Shown here piece after piece: positions 27,251 to 37,374 of a stretch of 64,000 bases of DNA (the first letter of the stretch is position 1; every line of letters starts with the position of its first letter). The stretch is from Bacteroidota bacterium. GTDB lineage: Bacteria > Bacteroidota > Bacteroidia > 2-12-FULL-35-15. The notes under the pieces were generated by a model. The model was given only the letters and a program-made list of their open reading frames with translations. It was not told the origin of the DNA and searched no databases. The position numbers and the translations under genes were made by a program. The stretch is taken from the NCBI GenBank assembly GCA_003151815.1, contig PLYN01000012.1, forward strand, positions 183-64,182. Direction: 5' to 3'.

Positions 27251-27352
27251 ATCCCCCTACCCTTTTGAAAGAGGGAATTGTCCTAATAATCCTTTTAGTA
27301 TAGTGTAAACATTGTCGTAGAACTCCCCCTTAAAAAGGGGGGCAGGGGGGAT
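27251..27352. repeat. Inverted pair of CCCCCT..AGGGGG REP-like units
   Basis: atccccctacccttttgaaagaggga ... tcccccttaaaaggggggcagggggat. Confidence 0.75.
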
Positions 27353-27356
27353 TTTT

Positions 27357-27689
27357 CTATTGAGCCCTTTTCGCCCTTACATTCTCCAACTTTAATCGTT
27401 CCACAATTCTATTATTGATAATGTGTTCTTCAATAATTTCATCAACATCATTTAACTCCACTCCAACATAAAAAACCCCTTCAGGATAAATAACAACTGT
27501 TTGTCCGAAATCACAAATATCCAAACAGCCTGATTTTTGAGCGCGAAGTTTAATTGGCAGATCAAGATCTTTTAATTTATTTTTAAATGCCTCTACAATT
27601 CCCATTCCGTGGGCTTCTCCACAGCTTTTCCGCGGAACATCGGCAGCACGTTGATTGGTACAGATAAATATATGTTTGTCGTATATCAT
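27357..27689 (-). CDS. Thioredoxin-like (2Fe-2S) ferredoxin
   Basis: HIFICTNQR...SC...KSGCLDICDFG..VVIYPEGVFY. Confidence 0.92.
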   Translation of the reverse strand: MIYDKHIFICTNQRAADVPRKSCGEAHGMGIVEAFKNKLKDLDLPIKLRAQKSGCLDICDFGQTVVIYPEGVFYVGVELNDVDEIIEEHIINNRIVERLKLENVRAKRAQ

Positions 27690-27809
27690 AATTAAAAATA
27701 ATTTTTATGTCAACGAATTTACGAATCATTCAGTAACGCAGAATAAATTTGATGTTTTAAATAAACATTATCTTTGAGAACTTTAAACTAAAAAACTTTA
27801 AACTAAAAA

Positions 27810-28784
27810 ATGTCAAGAATACTCACCGGAGTTCAAAGCACCAACATTCCTCACCTTGGAAATATTTTAGGTGCGATCATGCCTGCTATCGAACTGTCAA
27901 AACAAACAGACAACCAATCACTTTTTTTTATTGCCGACCTGCATTCTTTAACGACCATTAAAGATGCAGAACTTTTAAAAAACAGTTCGGATGCCGTTGC
28001 TGCCACTTGGTTGGCATTTGGATTTGATACCGATAAAAATATTTTTTATCGTCAGAGTGACGTAACGGAAGTATGCGAACTAGCTTGGTATTTGAATTGT
28101 TTTACGCCTTTCCCTATGTTGGCAAACGCACATTCTTTCAAAGATAAATCAGAACGTCTGGCGGATGTGAATGCAGGTTTATTTACCTATCCTGTTTTGA
28201 TGGCAGCAGACATACTATTGTACGATGCCAACTTTATTCCGGTTGGTAAGGATCAGCTTCAACACATTGAAATGACAAGAGATATCGCTGAAAAATTTAA
28301 TTTTAAATATGGTGATGTGTTTATAATTCCACAAGCAAAAATAGATGAGAACGTAATGCTTGTTCCCGGCATCGATGGACAAAAAATGAGTAAATCATTA
28401 CATAACTTTATTAATATTTTTTTACCTGAAAAAGAATTAAAAAAAATAATATTGAGCATTGTTACCGATGCTACTCCTTTGGAAGCGCCAAAAAATCCGG
28501 ATGCTTGCAATGTATTTGCTTTGTATAAATTAATTGCAAGCGAACAGCAAATTGAAGAAATGCGTGAAAATTATTTACGTGGCGGTTATGGTTATGGTCA
28601 TTCGAAAAATGCCTTATATGAATTGATCTTAGATAAATTTGCATCTCAACGCACTACCTATAATTATTTTATGAATAACCGTGAAGAGCTGGATGCAAAA
28701 CTTCAGGTCGGCGCGAATAAAGCTAGAATTATTGCAAAAGCAACACTTAAAAGAGTACGCGAGAAGTTAGGGTTTAAGAACTAA
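27810..28784 (+). CDS. trpS: Tryptophan--tRNA ligase
   Basis: TGVQST..PHLGN (HIGH), YPVLMAADIL, VGKDQ and KMSKS. Confidence 0.98.
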   Translation: MSRILTGVQSTNIPHLGNILGAIMPAIELSKQTDNQSLFFIADLHSLTTIKDAELLKNSSDAVAATWLAFGFDTDKNIFYRQSDVTEVCELAWYLNCFTPFPMLANAHSFKDKSERLADVNAGLFTYPVLMAADILLYDANFIPVGKDQLQHIEMTRDIAEKFNFKYGDVFIIPQAKIDENVMLVPGIDGQKMSKSLHNFINIFLPEKELKKIILSIVTDATPLEAPKNPDACNVFALYKLIASEQQIEEMRENYLRGGYGYGHSKNALYELILDKFASQRTTYNYFMNNREELDAKLQVGANKARIIAKATLKRVREKLGFKN

Positions 28785-28823
28785 AAAAGAAAGAGTCAAA
28801 TCCTAAAATAATCCAATCACTAT

Positions 28824-29279
28824 TTACTGAAATAGCAATTTGAAGGAAGACAAAAAAATTGACCAGAACAGAACAGAAGAAAACATATAAATTAAAATCT
28901 TCTGCTTATTTTTAAAATACCTGACTGCAATGTAACATCCTAAAGGAATAGAAATTAAAAAAGGCGTAAGGATTGCTATTCCTAATAAGCCGAAACGGTG
29001 TTTTACCTTGATAATAATTTTATTTTTTTTCGTAAATATTTTTTTGGTGCTTAGTCTTAAATCTTTAATTTGATTTTTGTCTTTTATCTTTTTTACACTC
29101 GCAATTAATTTATCACTCAAAAAAACAAAAAAAATAACACCGGTAAATCCTCCCAAAGTCGTTATAGTAACTACTTTAAAAAAAGGAAAGCCAAAAGCCA
29201 ATGCAAGCGGAATACCCCCAAAAACAAATTTAACGGTACTCAACAAAAAAACTGAAATAATTTCCCACCTTGAATCCAT
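28824..29279 (-). CDS. Conserved membrane protein (small multidrug-export-like)
   Basis: Several hydrophobic helices and GIAILTPFLISIPLG. Confidence 0.75.
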   Translation of the reverse strand: MDSRWEIISVFLLSTVKFVFGGIPLALAFGFPFFKVVTITTLGGFTGVIFFVFLSDKLIASVKKIKDKNQIKDLRLSTKKIFTKKNKIIIKVKHRFGLLGIAILTPFLISIPLGCYIAVRYFKNKQKILIYMFSSVLFWSIFLSSFKLLFQ

Positions 29280-29287
29280 ACAATAAA

Positions 29288-30208
29288 TTATAATTTTCCG
29301 CTAATCCACTTAACAATGGATGGCAAAGTATTTTTTTTTATTTTTAAATATACGCAATCTTTTGCACCAAAGTTCCTGTTGAAGTTTGCTATCCCTTCAA
29401 TATCTGAACCTTCAAAATCTAACAATTCAATATGTTGAGCATACCTTCTAATAATTTCATCTATCATTAAATACATTGCCCCTGTAGATTTCCCCTCAGA
29501 ATTAGCACTTCCAAATGAAAAATAAATTTTATTTTTTGATTTCATAAAGTATGCAGATGCGATGATTTCATTTTTTTTATTTGTTACTCCAATTGTAATA
29601 CCACAATCATTTTTAATAGCGGTTTTCATTAAATTTTCTATGGTAAGATAATGTCCTGAATTCAATCTTGCTACACGGCTACCTATGTTAGTTTGATATA
29701 ATTCAGCAATCTTTTCAGGAGAAACATTTTCAATAATTACATTATTATTTTTTTCGGCTCTTCTTAAGTTTTTATGTGCTGATCGATTATAGGATTGTTT
29801 AATTATTTCGTAGGATTGAATTAAATTTAATATTTGTACAACACGTTTAGAAATTGTAAAATCGACTCTGTTAAACGGTATATTTTCTTTTAAATGAAAA
29901 TCAATTAACTTAATAGTATTGGGAATAGTGTCAAAAAAATTATTTACCAGTTCTTCTGAAAGTATTTTTTTTGAATAAATGCCCATACATCGTATGGAGA
30001 GAGGTTGCAGGAGATATTTTATATTGTATTTTGATTTTATTGACAAAGGAAATACCGCTTCGTAATCATCCAATATGATCGCCGACCAATTTTCGCATGC
30101 AATATCTAAATACCATGAATAAGCGGATACCGAGTGATTGAAGGATTGATCTATACAATCATCCCACTTTTTTTTATCAATATTTTTATGTTCAACAAAT
30201 TGTATCAT
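29288..30208 (-). CDS. GNAT/FemAB-like acyltransferase of a polysaccharide cluster
   Basis: IDKKKWD, AYSWYLDI, LDFEGS..EGIANFNRNFGA. Confidence 0.85.
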   Translation of the reverse strand: MIQFVEHKNIDKKKWDDCIDQSFNHSVSAYSWYLDIACENWSAIILDDYEAVFPLSIKSKYNIKYLLQPLSIRCMGIYSKKILSEELVNNFFDTIPNTIKLIDFHLKENIPFNRVDFTISKRVVQILNLIQSYEIIKQSYNRSAHKNLRRAEKNNNVIIENVSPEKIAELYQTNIGSRVARLNSGHYLTIENLMKTAIKNDCGITIGVTNKKNEIIASAYFMKSKNKIYFSFGSANSEGKSTGAMYLMIDEIIRRYAQHIELLDFEGSDIEGIANFNRNFGAKDCVYLKIKKNTLPSIVKWISGKL

Positions 30209-31200
30209 TCTTTATTTTTAAACATTTTTGTAAATGTTGTAAAATTATGCTTCCCTTTATTCTTCTCCACAAACTCATCAATTTTTCGAATTGAATAACG
30301 GGATAAGGCTTTTGGATGTCCAATTATCACCATGTGTTCAAATTTTTTTTTCATTAATTTCCTCAAAACTTTTTCTAAAAGATATGCATTGTATCCATCA
30401 ACAGCAACGGGGTTAACAGTATATTTGGTTAATAGTTTTTTACGATAGCCGGGTGCAGGCATTGCAGTTCCATCGCCAAGAGGTTTATGTAAATAAGGAT
30501 TTTTACGTCCTAATAAAAATAACCTCCAAAAAAATAAAGGTGAATTTCTGATTGAACTAATTGGCAATTCAATGAAAACTCCATTTTCCACTTCTTTTGT
30601 CGGCTCATCATCAAAATGGTAAATTGCTTTATCCGGTGCATTTCTGAAATCATATGAATACTGATCGGAAGTATAAAAACCATTTTTAAATACACTACTA
30701 TCAAGTGTTATTCCGTTATCAATAAAAGCCTTTTTAATTTTATTGAAAGGCTGCAAACACCACCCTCCTGCACGAAAAGAAAAAATTGTTTTTGAAGTAA
30801 TATCGGTCAAAACTTTTTTATACCGATAAACAATATCGGCAATTTCAGTTTCATTAAAATCAGCAAGTTTATATCGACTCACATCAATTATCCATCGCTC
30901 TCCATTGTAAGAACTATCCTCCCAGTGCGGATGAATATGCAACTGAATATCATGACCTGAATCGGATAAATATTTCACTTGTTTCGTTATTGCGCTATAA
31001 TCTTTTTCAAGTTGTGGGTATTGTTTTCTGAATTCATTTAATTTTAAAATAAATCCACAATCAACGAAAAAACAAAAACGAACATTATGTTTTTCTGCAA
31101 TACGAATCAGTTCTGAAGTTGGATAAATAATACATCTCTCGACTGTACCATGGTTTTTACCAAAGTAAATTTCATAATCAAGAGTTATAAAAATGTTCAT
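30205..31200 (-). CDS. Polysaccharide deacetylase family protein
   Basis: ITLDYE, HDIQLHIHPHW and SFRAGGW (NodB-like). Confidence 0.85.
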   Translation of the reverse strand: MNIFITLDYEIYFGKNHGTVERCIIYPTSELIRIAEKHNVRFCFFVDCGFILKLNEFRKQYPQLEKDYSAITKQVKYLSDSGHDIQLHIHPHWEDSSYNGERWIIDVSRYKLADFNETEIADIVYRYKKVLTDITSKTIFSFRAGGWCLQPFNKIKKAFIDNGITLDSSVFKNGFYTSDQYSYDFRNAPDKAIYHFDDEPTKEVENGVFIELPISSIRNSPLFFWRLFLLGRKNPYLHKPLGDGTAMPAPGYRKKLLTKYTVNPVAVDGYNAYLLEKVLRKLMKKKFEHMVIIGHPKALSRYSIRKIDEFVEKNKGKHNFTTFTKMFKNKE

Positions 31201-31207
31201 TAAAAAA

Positions 31208-32014
31208 TTACTTAAAAGGTATAAACTGTTTTATTGATGATTTGATAAAATTTATCAAATCGAAGGAATATAAATTTTCTGCATTATTCATTTTTATATC
31301 TTCTTGAATAAGTTCATACGCTTTATCCAGCCTGATCATGGAAAAAGTGCTATCATTAATTTTATAAATATTCATAGCACCATTGTCAATAAAAAGTTTG
31401 TGCAAATTATTCAATGTGCTTACTATTCCATTTTTTTTTGCAAACGTCAATACTTCTCTTTTTTGCGCTTTTCCATCATCAGTATAATTAATATTTATTT
31501 TTTTGTATTTTCTATATTTTACATTTTCCTTCTCTTCGACATAATGAGCAAATGTAAAACTGTGCTGAATATCAATATCTATAAGTAACATCAAAGCTCT
31601 GTGCTCATTCAAAAAAGCAAAAACTGAATCATCACCAAAGGTGCTTTTATTATTTATTTTCAAAAGTTCGTCAGCAAATTTTCCAAAAACAAAAAATGAA
31701 TGTAAAGGATCAGCTGTTCTTGAAAAATCCTTTCTTTTAAACACTAGTTTTGACAAAGTACCTGTTTGCGGAATCGTATTTTTTTTGTCGAATTTATCTC
31801 CCGACATTAATTTATCATTGAAAGCAGGAAATAAAAGAGTTCCTTCAGTTAACTTATTTTTAAAGCTGTCAACAAATAAGTCTGCATTAAAAATTTCTCC
31901 ATTTGTTAAAGTTGTATAAGCAAGTTTAGTAATGTCAGATGCTATAAGTAAAGTTTCATTTTTATTTATTTGAAGTTTGTTAACTATTTGCTGATATGGT
32001 ATATACGTTTTCAT
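31208..32014 (-). CDS. AAC(3)/YokD family acyltransferase
   Basis: GTLLFPAF, RTADPLHSF, FGDDS.F and TFAHYVEE. Confidence 0.88.
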   Translation of the reverse strand: MKTYIPYQQIVNKLQINKNETLLIASDITKLAYTTLTNGEIFNADLFVDSFKNKLTEGTLLFPAFNDKLMSGDKFDKKNTIPQTGTLSKLVFKRKDFSRTADPLHSFFVFGKFADELLKINNKSTFGDDSVFAFLNEHRALMLLIDIDIQHSFTFAHYVEEKENVKYRKYKKININYTDDGKAQKREVLTFAKKNGIVSTLNNLHKLFIDNGAMNIYKINDSTFSMIRLDKAYELIQEDIKMNNAENLYSFDLINFIKSSIKQFIPFK

Positions 32015-32025
32015 TAAATAACAAG

Positions 32026-33708
32026 TTAATACTCTTTTAAAATTAATGTAACATACGAAGGAATGGCATATGTTTTACTGGCATCCCAAGTAAAATTATT
32101 TTCTTTTTCAATAAAACCACTTCGCTTAAAAAAGTCGTAACATGGTTTATTTTTTTCTGTCGCAATAAACGTAGCATTTACTATTTTACAAAATTTATTT
32201 TTCGCATGTTCAATTGCTGCATAAAGCATAATTTCTTCTGCTTTTCTACCAATAACTCTGCAACTTAAAACAAAATCAGTTATTGTAGCTTGCCCATCTT
32301 TGCAGGTAACTCCAATGATTCCTGTTAAACCGGCATCGCCAAATTTATCTGTAACAGAAAAAGCAAACATACTATTTTCGTCTGATGAAATCCAGGTAAT
32401 TAATTCCCGTTCTGTAAACCTACGTGTTTGTAAATTCAACTGATTGGTTTTATTAAGCAATTGCAAGACACGTTGAAAATTTCCTTCATTAGTTTTTTCG
32501 ATTGTTATTTTTATATCAATTGATTTTAACCATTCTTCGAGGTTTGAAATTGTTTTTATATTTTCTGTACGTTGTTTTTCTTCAGCATATAATTTAGTTC
32601 TGTATTTATCTTCTTTTGTTGAAATAAAATTATTAAAACAATCAAGGTTAAGTAAAAACTGCCTGTATAACAATGGATCAGAAGGCATTTCAGGGACAAA
32701 AATTTCTGGCAAAGCACTTTTAACCCATTCGCGTTCGTGAGCATTATCATCAATAAAAACAATTGAATCTAAGCCAAGATTTAACTCGTTTGCAAGCTCA
32801 ACAATATTTTTTGCTTTATCCTCCCAATTAATTCTCCACGAAACAAAATCTTTTTTTACAAGCACCATTTCCGATTTTTTTTCAATAGCAAGTAAAGCTA
32901 CACGCTCTTCATTCTTACTCACAATTGCTAAGAGTACACCTTTATTTTTTAGCATTTTCAATGCAAATTGAAAATCCTTATAGGCTTCACCTTCCGGATC
33001 ATGTCCTCCGAGTTTTATATTTTCATACCCAATATCACCTACGATACCTCCCCATAAAGTATTATCAAGATCAACAATAATTAGTTTTTTATTTTTTCCT
33101 TGAATTGATTTGATAGAAGACATAATATCCTTTGCAGCATCTGCAAACACCATATTATTAAAAGGAGTTTTATTTAAATACCATAGTTTAGGATTGTAAG
33201 CATTATTGCTGGCACGCATATTCCATTTATTACTATCAAGTAAATATATGTTCGGCTGATCCCAAAATTTTTCTGCAAGAAGTAAATTGATTTGGGCAAG
33301 TACATTAATAATTCCTGTATCGGGTTTGGTAGTTAGTATTCCATAATTTTGTTGAGTGGTATCAATACTCCAAGTCGCTACAAAAGTTAGTTTTACTCTT
33401 GAGCTGGCATTAATTATTAATGAAGTAAATTCCTCTACTTCTTTTTTGAGATCAGCAAAATCAAAATTTTCATAATTAAGTAGTGCAGCAAAATTTTTTA
33501 ATATTCTTTCAGGCAATGTCCAAACAACAGCAAAATCAGATTGGTGTTTCCAGCATTCTAAATTAGCATCAATTAATGTATGGTGAACTTGATTAAATGG
33601 AGCTATAAAACATTTTACAGGCTGTTCTATAGAATTATTTGATAGATATCCAGCCAAATTGTTAATTGAAAAATCAGATATTAAAACTCCTTTTATTCCT
33701 GATGTCAT
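32026..33708 (-). CDS. FkbH-like HAD-IIIC phosphatase/glyceryl-ACP synthase
   Basis: DLDNTLWGG (DxDxT), SKNE, FIDDN..ER, KTNQLN, DKFGD.G and LSCRVIGR. Confidence 0.93.
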   Translation of the reverse strand: MTSGIKGVLISDFSINNLAGYLSNNSIEQPVKCFIAPFNQVHHTLIDANLECWKHQSDFAVVWTLPERILKNFAALLNYENFDFADLKKEVEEFTSLIINASSRVKLTFVATWSIDTTQQNYGILTTKPDTGIINVLAQINLLLAEKFWDQPNIYLLDSNKWNMRASNNAYNPKLWYLNKTPFNNMVFADAAKDIMSSIKSIQGKNKKLIIVDLDNTLWGGIVGDIGYENIKLGGHDPEGEAYKDFQFALKMLKNKGVLLAIVSKNEERVALLAIEKKSEMVLVKKDFVSWRINWEDKAKNIVELANELNLGLDSIVFIDDNAHEREWVKSALPEIFVPEMPSDPLLYRQFLLNLDCFNNFISTKEDKYRTKLYAEEKQRTENIKTISNLEEWLKSIDIKITIEKTNEGNFQRVLQLLNKTNQLNLQTRRFTERELITWISSDENSMFAFSVTDKFGDAGLTGIIGVTCKDGQATITDFVLSCRVIGRKAEEIMLYAAIEHAKNKFCKIVNATFIATEKNKPCYDFFKRSGFIEKENNFTWDASKTYAIPSYVTLILKEY

Positions 33709-34007
33709 TTTAAATTTATTTCAATATATTTAATTAACGTCCCAATATTTTTCAAATCAGATTCTTTTTTTTCTATTAAATCTTGAATTCTCAAAGTAGA
33801 ATTATTGCCCATATATTTTTGCAATTTTTGTTCAACAATGACCAAAAAATAAACCAGATTCATACTATCAAGCTTACCTTTCTCAGTATATCCTGATCTG
33901 GAAAAAAGAACTTCCTCTATTTTTTTTTCAAGACGGTTTTCTAAGTCTTGCGAAAAATTAAATTCTTCGATAGCATCAAAAATTATTATAGATATCTTAT
34001 CTTTCAT
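33705..34007 (-). CDS. Acyl carrier protein
   Basis: LDSMNLV phosphopantetheine site. The ATG at 34007 overlaps the upstream TGA (ATGA). Confidence 0.8.
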   Translation of the reverse strand: MKDKISIIIFDAIEEFNFSQDLENRLEKKIEEVLFSRSGYTEKGKLDSMNLVYFLVIVEQKLQKYMGNNSTLRIQDLIEKKESDLKNIGTLIKYIEINLK

Positions 34008-35317
34008 TTTGTTTCTATACATGCGTAAATTACCATCTCTTCGTACACCGATTTCCAACCCTTCCAGATCTTACGATCGTTCAACGTATCATTATGCCAA
34101 AGACTAATAAAAACACCATTTACAGCTCTCACCTCATCTATCAACGATTTTATTTTAATGATCCCATCCGGTGGTTGAATTTTCATTCTGTATTTCAACG
34201 TGCCTTCCATCACAGCAAAAGGGTGTATTTTTAACTTCGTTTCCAATTCTGTATCCAGATCATAAAAATTAAAAGGAGTACAAATACTTGCCCTGAAACC
34301 TACCTGAGAAGCATAGCCCATGGTGTAATCATCAGTAATGTCATTATCAATTAAATTACGGTATGTTTCGGGCATCCTTAATTTTAAAAAATGTTGACGA
34401 CTTTTTGTTACATCGCGATGCAAAACATTCGACAAACGGCCTATCTCTTTTTTTAATTGTGCTTTGCTGCTATTAGAGCCATAAGAAGGATGAATACCCA
34501 CCTGGGCATAATCAGCCAACATTTTTATAAGCGATTGAAATTTTATACTTTCAATCGGTAAATTTTTATCGTTTGGTCCATAATCGCCCAGTAAGAAAAA
34601 ATAAATGCTTTTAAATTTATATTTTTTAAATATTTCCAATTGAAAATCATAGGTGTCGTAAGGGTCTTTTTGCATACCCAACAGCACGCGCGTTCGTTCT
34701 AGAATTTCCGAAAAATCACCTTCCGATATTGATTTAAAATATCCTCCAAGGCTTCGTGTAAAGCCCTTTTCGCGATAAGCATACGCATTATCAATATCAA
34801 GGGTAGAAATAAATTCAAATTTTTTTTCCGGAAAAAAGATAGACGGATACCTTTTCTGAATTAATTCTTTCATCAACAATGCCCAACTATTTACAATAGG
34901 CTTATGCAAAAAATCGTTCATGAAAGCTAAACTATCTTTAGCATCAAAACGATCATGTTCATCGCGTATGTGTGGCAAATATTCCTCGTAACGACTCACT
35001 AAATAAAAGCTTGCAGCGAATACATCAAAAGGCAATGCAGATAATTTACCTGTTGCAAAAAACACTTTGTTATTATTGAAATCAAAAACAGAAATATTCT
35101 GTTCGTTGATTCCGGTTTCAAATAATAAATTACGTGAGATGAAAAAAAGTTCGTCGGCTACTGGATTATACGTGTAACTTAATTTTGCACCTTCATATCG
35201 TTTTAATTCCTCCGCATCTGTAGTTAAACTAAAATCAATACCAAGAATATCTTTAAACATCAAGTTAAAAATATACTTATTACGATGCGTGATTTTATGG
35301 GTATATACGAGTAGCAT
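34004..35317 (-). CDS. Polysaccharide deacetylase family protein (DUF7033-like N-terminus)
   Basis: FYLVSRYEEY, TLDID, GIHPSY, SRQHFL and GVFISLWHN. Start placed at MLLVYTH. Confidence 0.85.
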   Translation of the reverse strand: MLLVYTHKITHRNKYIFNLMFKDILGIDFSLTTDAEELKRYEGAKLSYTYNPVADELFFISRNLLFETGINEQNISVFDFNNNKVFFATGKLSALPFDVFAASFYLVSRYEEYLPHIRDEHDRFDAKDSLAFMNDFLHKPIVNSWALLMKELIQKRYPSIFFPEKKFEFISTLDIDNAYAYREKGFTRSLGGYFKSISEGDFSEILERTRVLLGMQKDPYDTYDFQLEIFKKYKFKSIYFFLLGDYGPNDKNLPIESIKFQSLIKMLADYAQVGIHPSYGSNSSKAQLKKEIGRLSNVLHRDVTKSRQHFLKLRMPETYRNLIDNDITDDYTMGYASQVGFRASICTPFNFYDLDTELETKLKIHPFAVMEGTLKYRMKIQPPDGIIKIKSLIDEVRAVNGVFISLWHNDTLNDRKIWKGWKSVYEEMVIYACIETK

Positions 35318-35339
35318 TGTCAATTGTCAATCGTTAATT

Positions 35340-36488
35340 TTATTTAATATACTTCAGAATTGCATCACAAATAAATTCTGCCGCTTTGCCATCGCCAAAC
35401 AAATTAGGGTATTTCAATTTTTTTGTTATTGAGAAATCAGAATACGCTTTCATAATTTTTGATTCGTCGGCATCCACAATTTTTGCTGAACCACAGTTTA
35501 CCAATTCAACCCACTCCGTCTCTGAACGCAATATAATGCAGGTTTTTTGAAAAAAGAAAGCTTCTTTTTGTACACCACCGGAATCTGTAATTACCAAACT
35601 TGAATTTTTTTCTAAAGCGATCATCTCTAAAAAAGAAACAGGTGGCGTTATTTTTATATATTCATTTGTTTGAATTATATTATACAATTCAGCTGAAAGG
35701 TTTTGTGATAATAACTTTGCAGTACGCGGATGTAATGGAATAATAATTTTTATTTTATTTTCCTTTGCAATTTTATTGATTGCACTAAACAATGCATTTA
35801 ACCGAATAGGTTCATCTGTATTGTTATTGCGATGAATAGTAGCCAAAATAAAAGGAACATTTTCTAAATTATACTCCTTTAGAATATTTGTTTTTTGTTC
35901 TGCAATTTTCGAAAAATAAAGACTATTATCATACATCACATCACCACAATGAAAAATTTTCGGATTATCAAATGTATAAGGTGGCAAGTTATTTTCTTTA
36001 AAACCTTCTTTCAGCAAATTATCATAACCTGATTTTGTTGGAGAAAATAAAAGTGTTGAGACGTGATCACACATGATGCGATTGATCTCTTCTGGCATCG
36101 CTTTATTGAATGAACGTAAGCCCGCTTCTATATGTATCACAGGAACTTGAATTTTTGATGCTGCAATAGCGCCGGCCAATGTTGAATTGGTATCACCATA
36201 TAATACTATACAATTCGGTTTTTCTTTTATTAAGATATCTTCAATTCCAACTATCATGGAAGCCGTTTGTTTACCATGCGCTCCGGAGCCTGAATTTAAA
36301 TTATAATCAGGATGCGGAATATCCAATTCATCAAAAAATACCTGCGACATATTTTCATCGTAATGTTGTCCGGTATGAACAATTACTTCATGAATTTTAT
36401 CCGAGTAGTTATTTTTTATAGCCCTGCTTAATGCTGCTGCTTTGATTATTTGCGGGCGAGCCCCAATGATTGTTAAAAGTTTAAGCAT
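35340..36488 (-). CDS. wecB: UDP-N-acetylglucosamine 2-epimerase (non-hydrolysing)
   Basis: IGARPQIIK, HTGQHYD, YGDTNST, HIEAGLRS and TDSGGVQKEA. Confidence 0.96.
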   Translation of the reverse strand: MLKLLTIIGARPQIIKAAALSRAIKNNYSDKIHEVIVHTGQHYDENMSQVFFDELDIPHPDYNLNSGSGAHGKQTASMIVGIEDILIKEKPNCIVLYGDTNSTLAGAIAASKIQVPVIHIEAGLRSFNKAMPEEINRIMCDHVSTLLFSPTKSGYDNLLKEGFKENNLPPYTFDNPKIFHCGDVMYDNSLYFSKIAEQKTNILKEYNLENVPFILATIHRNNNTDEPIRLNALFSAINKIAKENKIKIIIPLHPRTAKLLSQNLSAELYNIIQTNEYIKITPPVSFLEMIALEKNSSLVITDSGGVQKEAFFFQKTCIILRSETEWVELVNCGSAKIVDADESKIMKAYSDFSITKKLKYPNLFGDGKAAEFICDAILKYIK

Positions 36489-36576
36489 TGTTAGTTATCA
36501 GTTATTAGCGAATAGTTATTATAAAATGGAAATTGATTTCCATTTTATCTTATCAGCACATCGTCTCATTAGCACA

Positions 36577-37275
36577 TCAGAACACTCCTTCATCAACAAA
36601 GCTATAAAAACCATTTTCAGTAATTATTAAATGGTCGAGCAAAGCTATTTCCATTATTTTTCCTGCTTCTTTTATATTTTTAGTGATCTTCAGATCAGCT
36701 TCACTTGGTTTTAAATTTCCTGAAGGATGATTATGACATATGATAATGGAACTTGCACCATTATCAACAGCCGTTTTAAATATTATTTTTGTATCAACCA
36801 CTGTCCCTGCGGTACCTCCGCGACTGATCAATTCTTTTTTAATTACTGAATTAGCTCTGTTGAGCATCAACAACCAAAATTCCTCATGCGGCAGATCCAT
36901 CATCAAAGGCTTCATGATTTCAAATACATCCTTACTGGAAGTTATTTTTTCGCGCTTTATAACTTCGGTATTTTTTCTCCTGCGACCCAATTCCAATGCG
37001 GCAATAATACTAATTGCTTTTGCATCGCCAACACCTTTAAACCTGTTCAACTCCTGAACAGATAGCTTTCCTAATTCATTTAAATTATTACCAACGCTCG
37101 CTAAAATACGTTTAGAAAGTTCAACTGCTGTTTCATCCCTGCTTCCTGAACCAATTAAAATTGCAACAAGCTCAGCCTCAGTTAACACATGTCTTCCTTT
37201 ATCAATAAGCTTTTCACGAGGCCGATCTTCTTCCGCCCAAAACTTTATTCCTGATGATTGTTTGTAATCTTCCAT
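36577..37275 (-). CDS. radC: RadC family JAB-domain protein
   Basis: DRPREKL, GVGDAKA, HEEFW and HNHPSGNLKPSEAD. Start placed at MEDYK. Confidence 0.95.
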   Translation of the reverse strand: MEDYKQSSGIKFWAEEDRPREKLIDKGRHVLTEAELVAILIGSGSRDETAVELSKRILASVGNNLNELGKLSVQELNRFKGVGDAKAISIIAALELGRRRKNTEVIKREKITSSKDVFEIMKPLMMDLPHEEFWLLMLNRANSVIKKELISRGGTAGTVVDTKIIFKTAVDNGASSIIICHNHPSGNLKPSEADLKITKNIKEAGKIMEIALLDHLIITENGFYSFVDEGVF

Positions 37276-37310
37276 AGTAATTATAATTCTTAAAGATAAC
37301 AAAAAATCAT

Positions 37311-37340
37311 AAAAAAATGCCCCAAATTAAGGGGCATCTT
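37311..37340 (-). terminator. Intrinsic terminator after the oxidoreductase gene
   Basis: Minus strand ATGCCCC-ttaattt-GGGGCAT-TTTTTT. Confidence 0.75.
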
Positions 37341-37374
37341 CAAATTTTCAAATTGATTGATTTTCAAATTATTT

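Noticed and set aside
31208-32014. AAC(3) homologue as an aminoglycoside resistance gene
   Set aside because: It is embedded and translationally coupled in an ACP/FkbH/polysaccharide cluster with no mobile context; fold similarity alone is insufficient.
36577-37275. radC as a marker of a mobile element
   Set aside because: Full-length chromosomal type with an N-terminal HhH region, in housekeeping context, with no integrase nearby.
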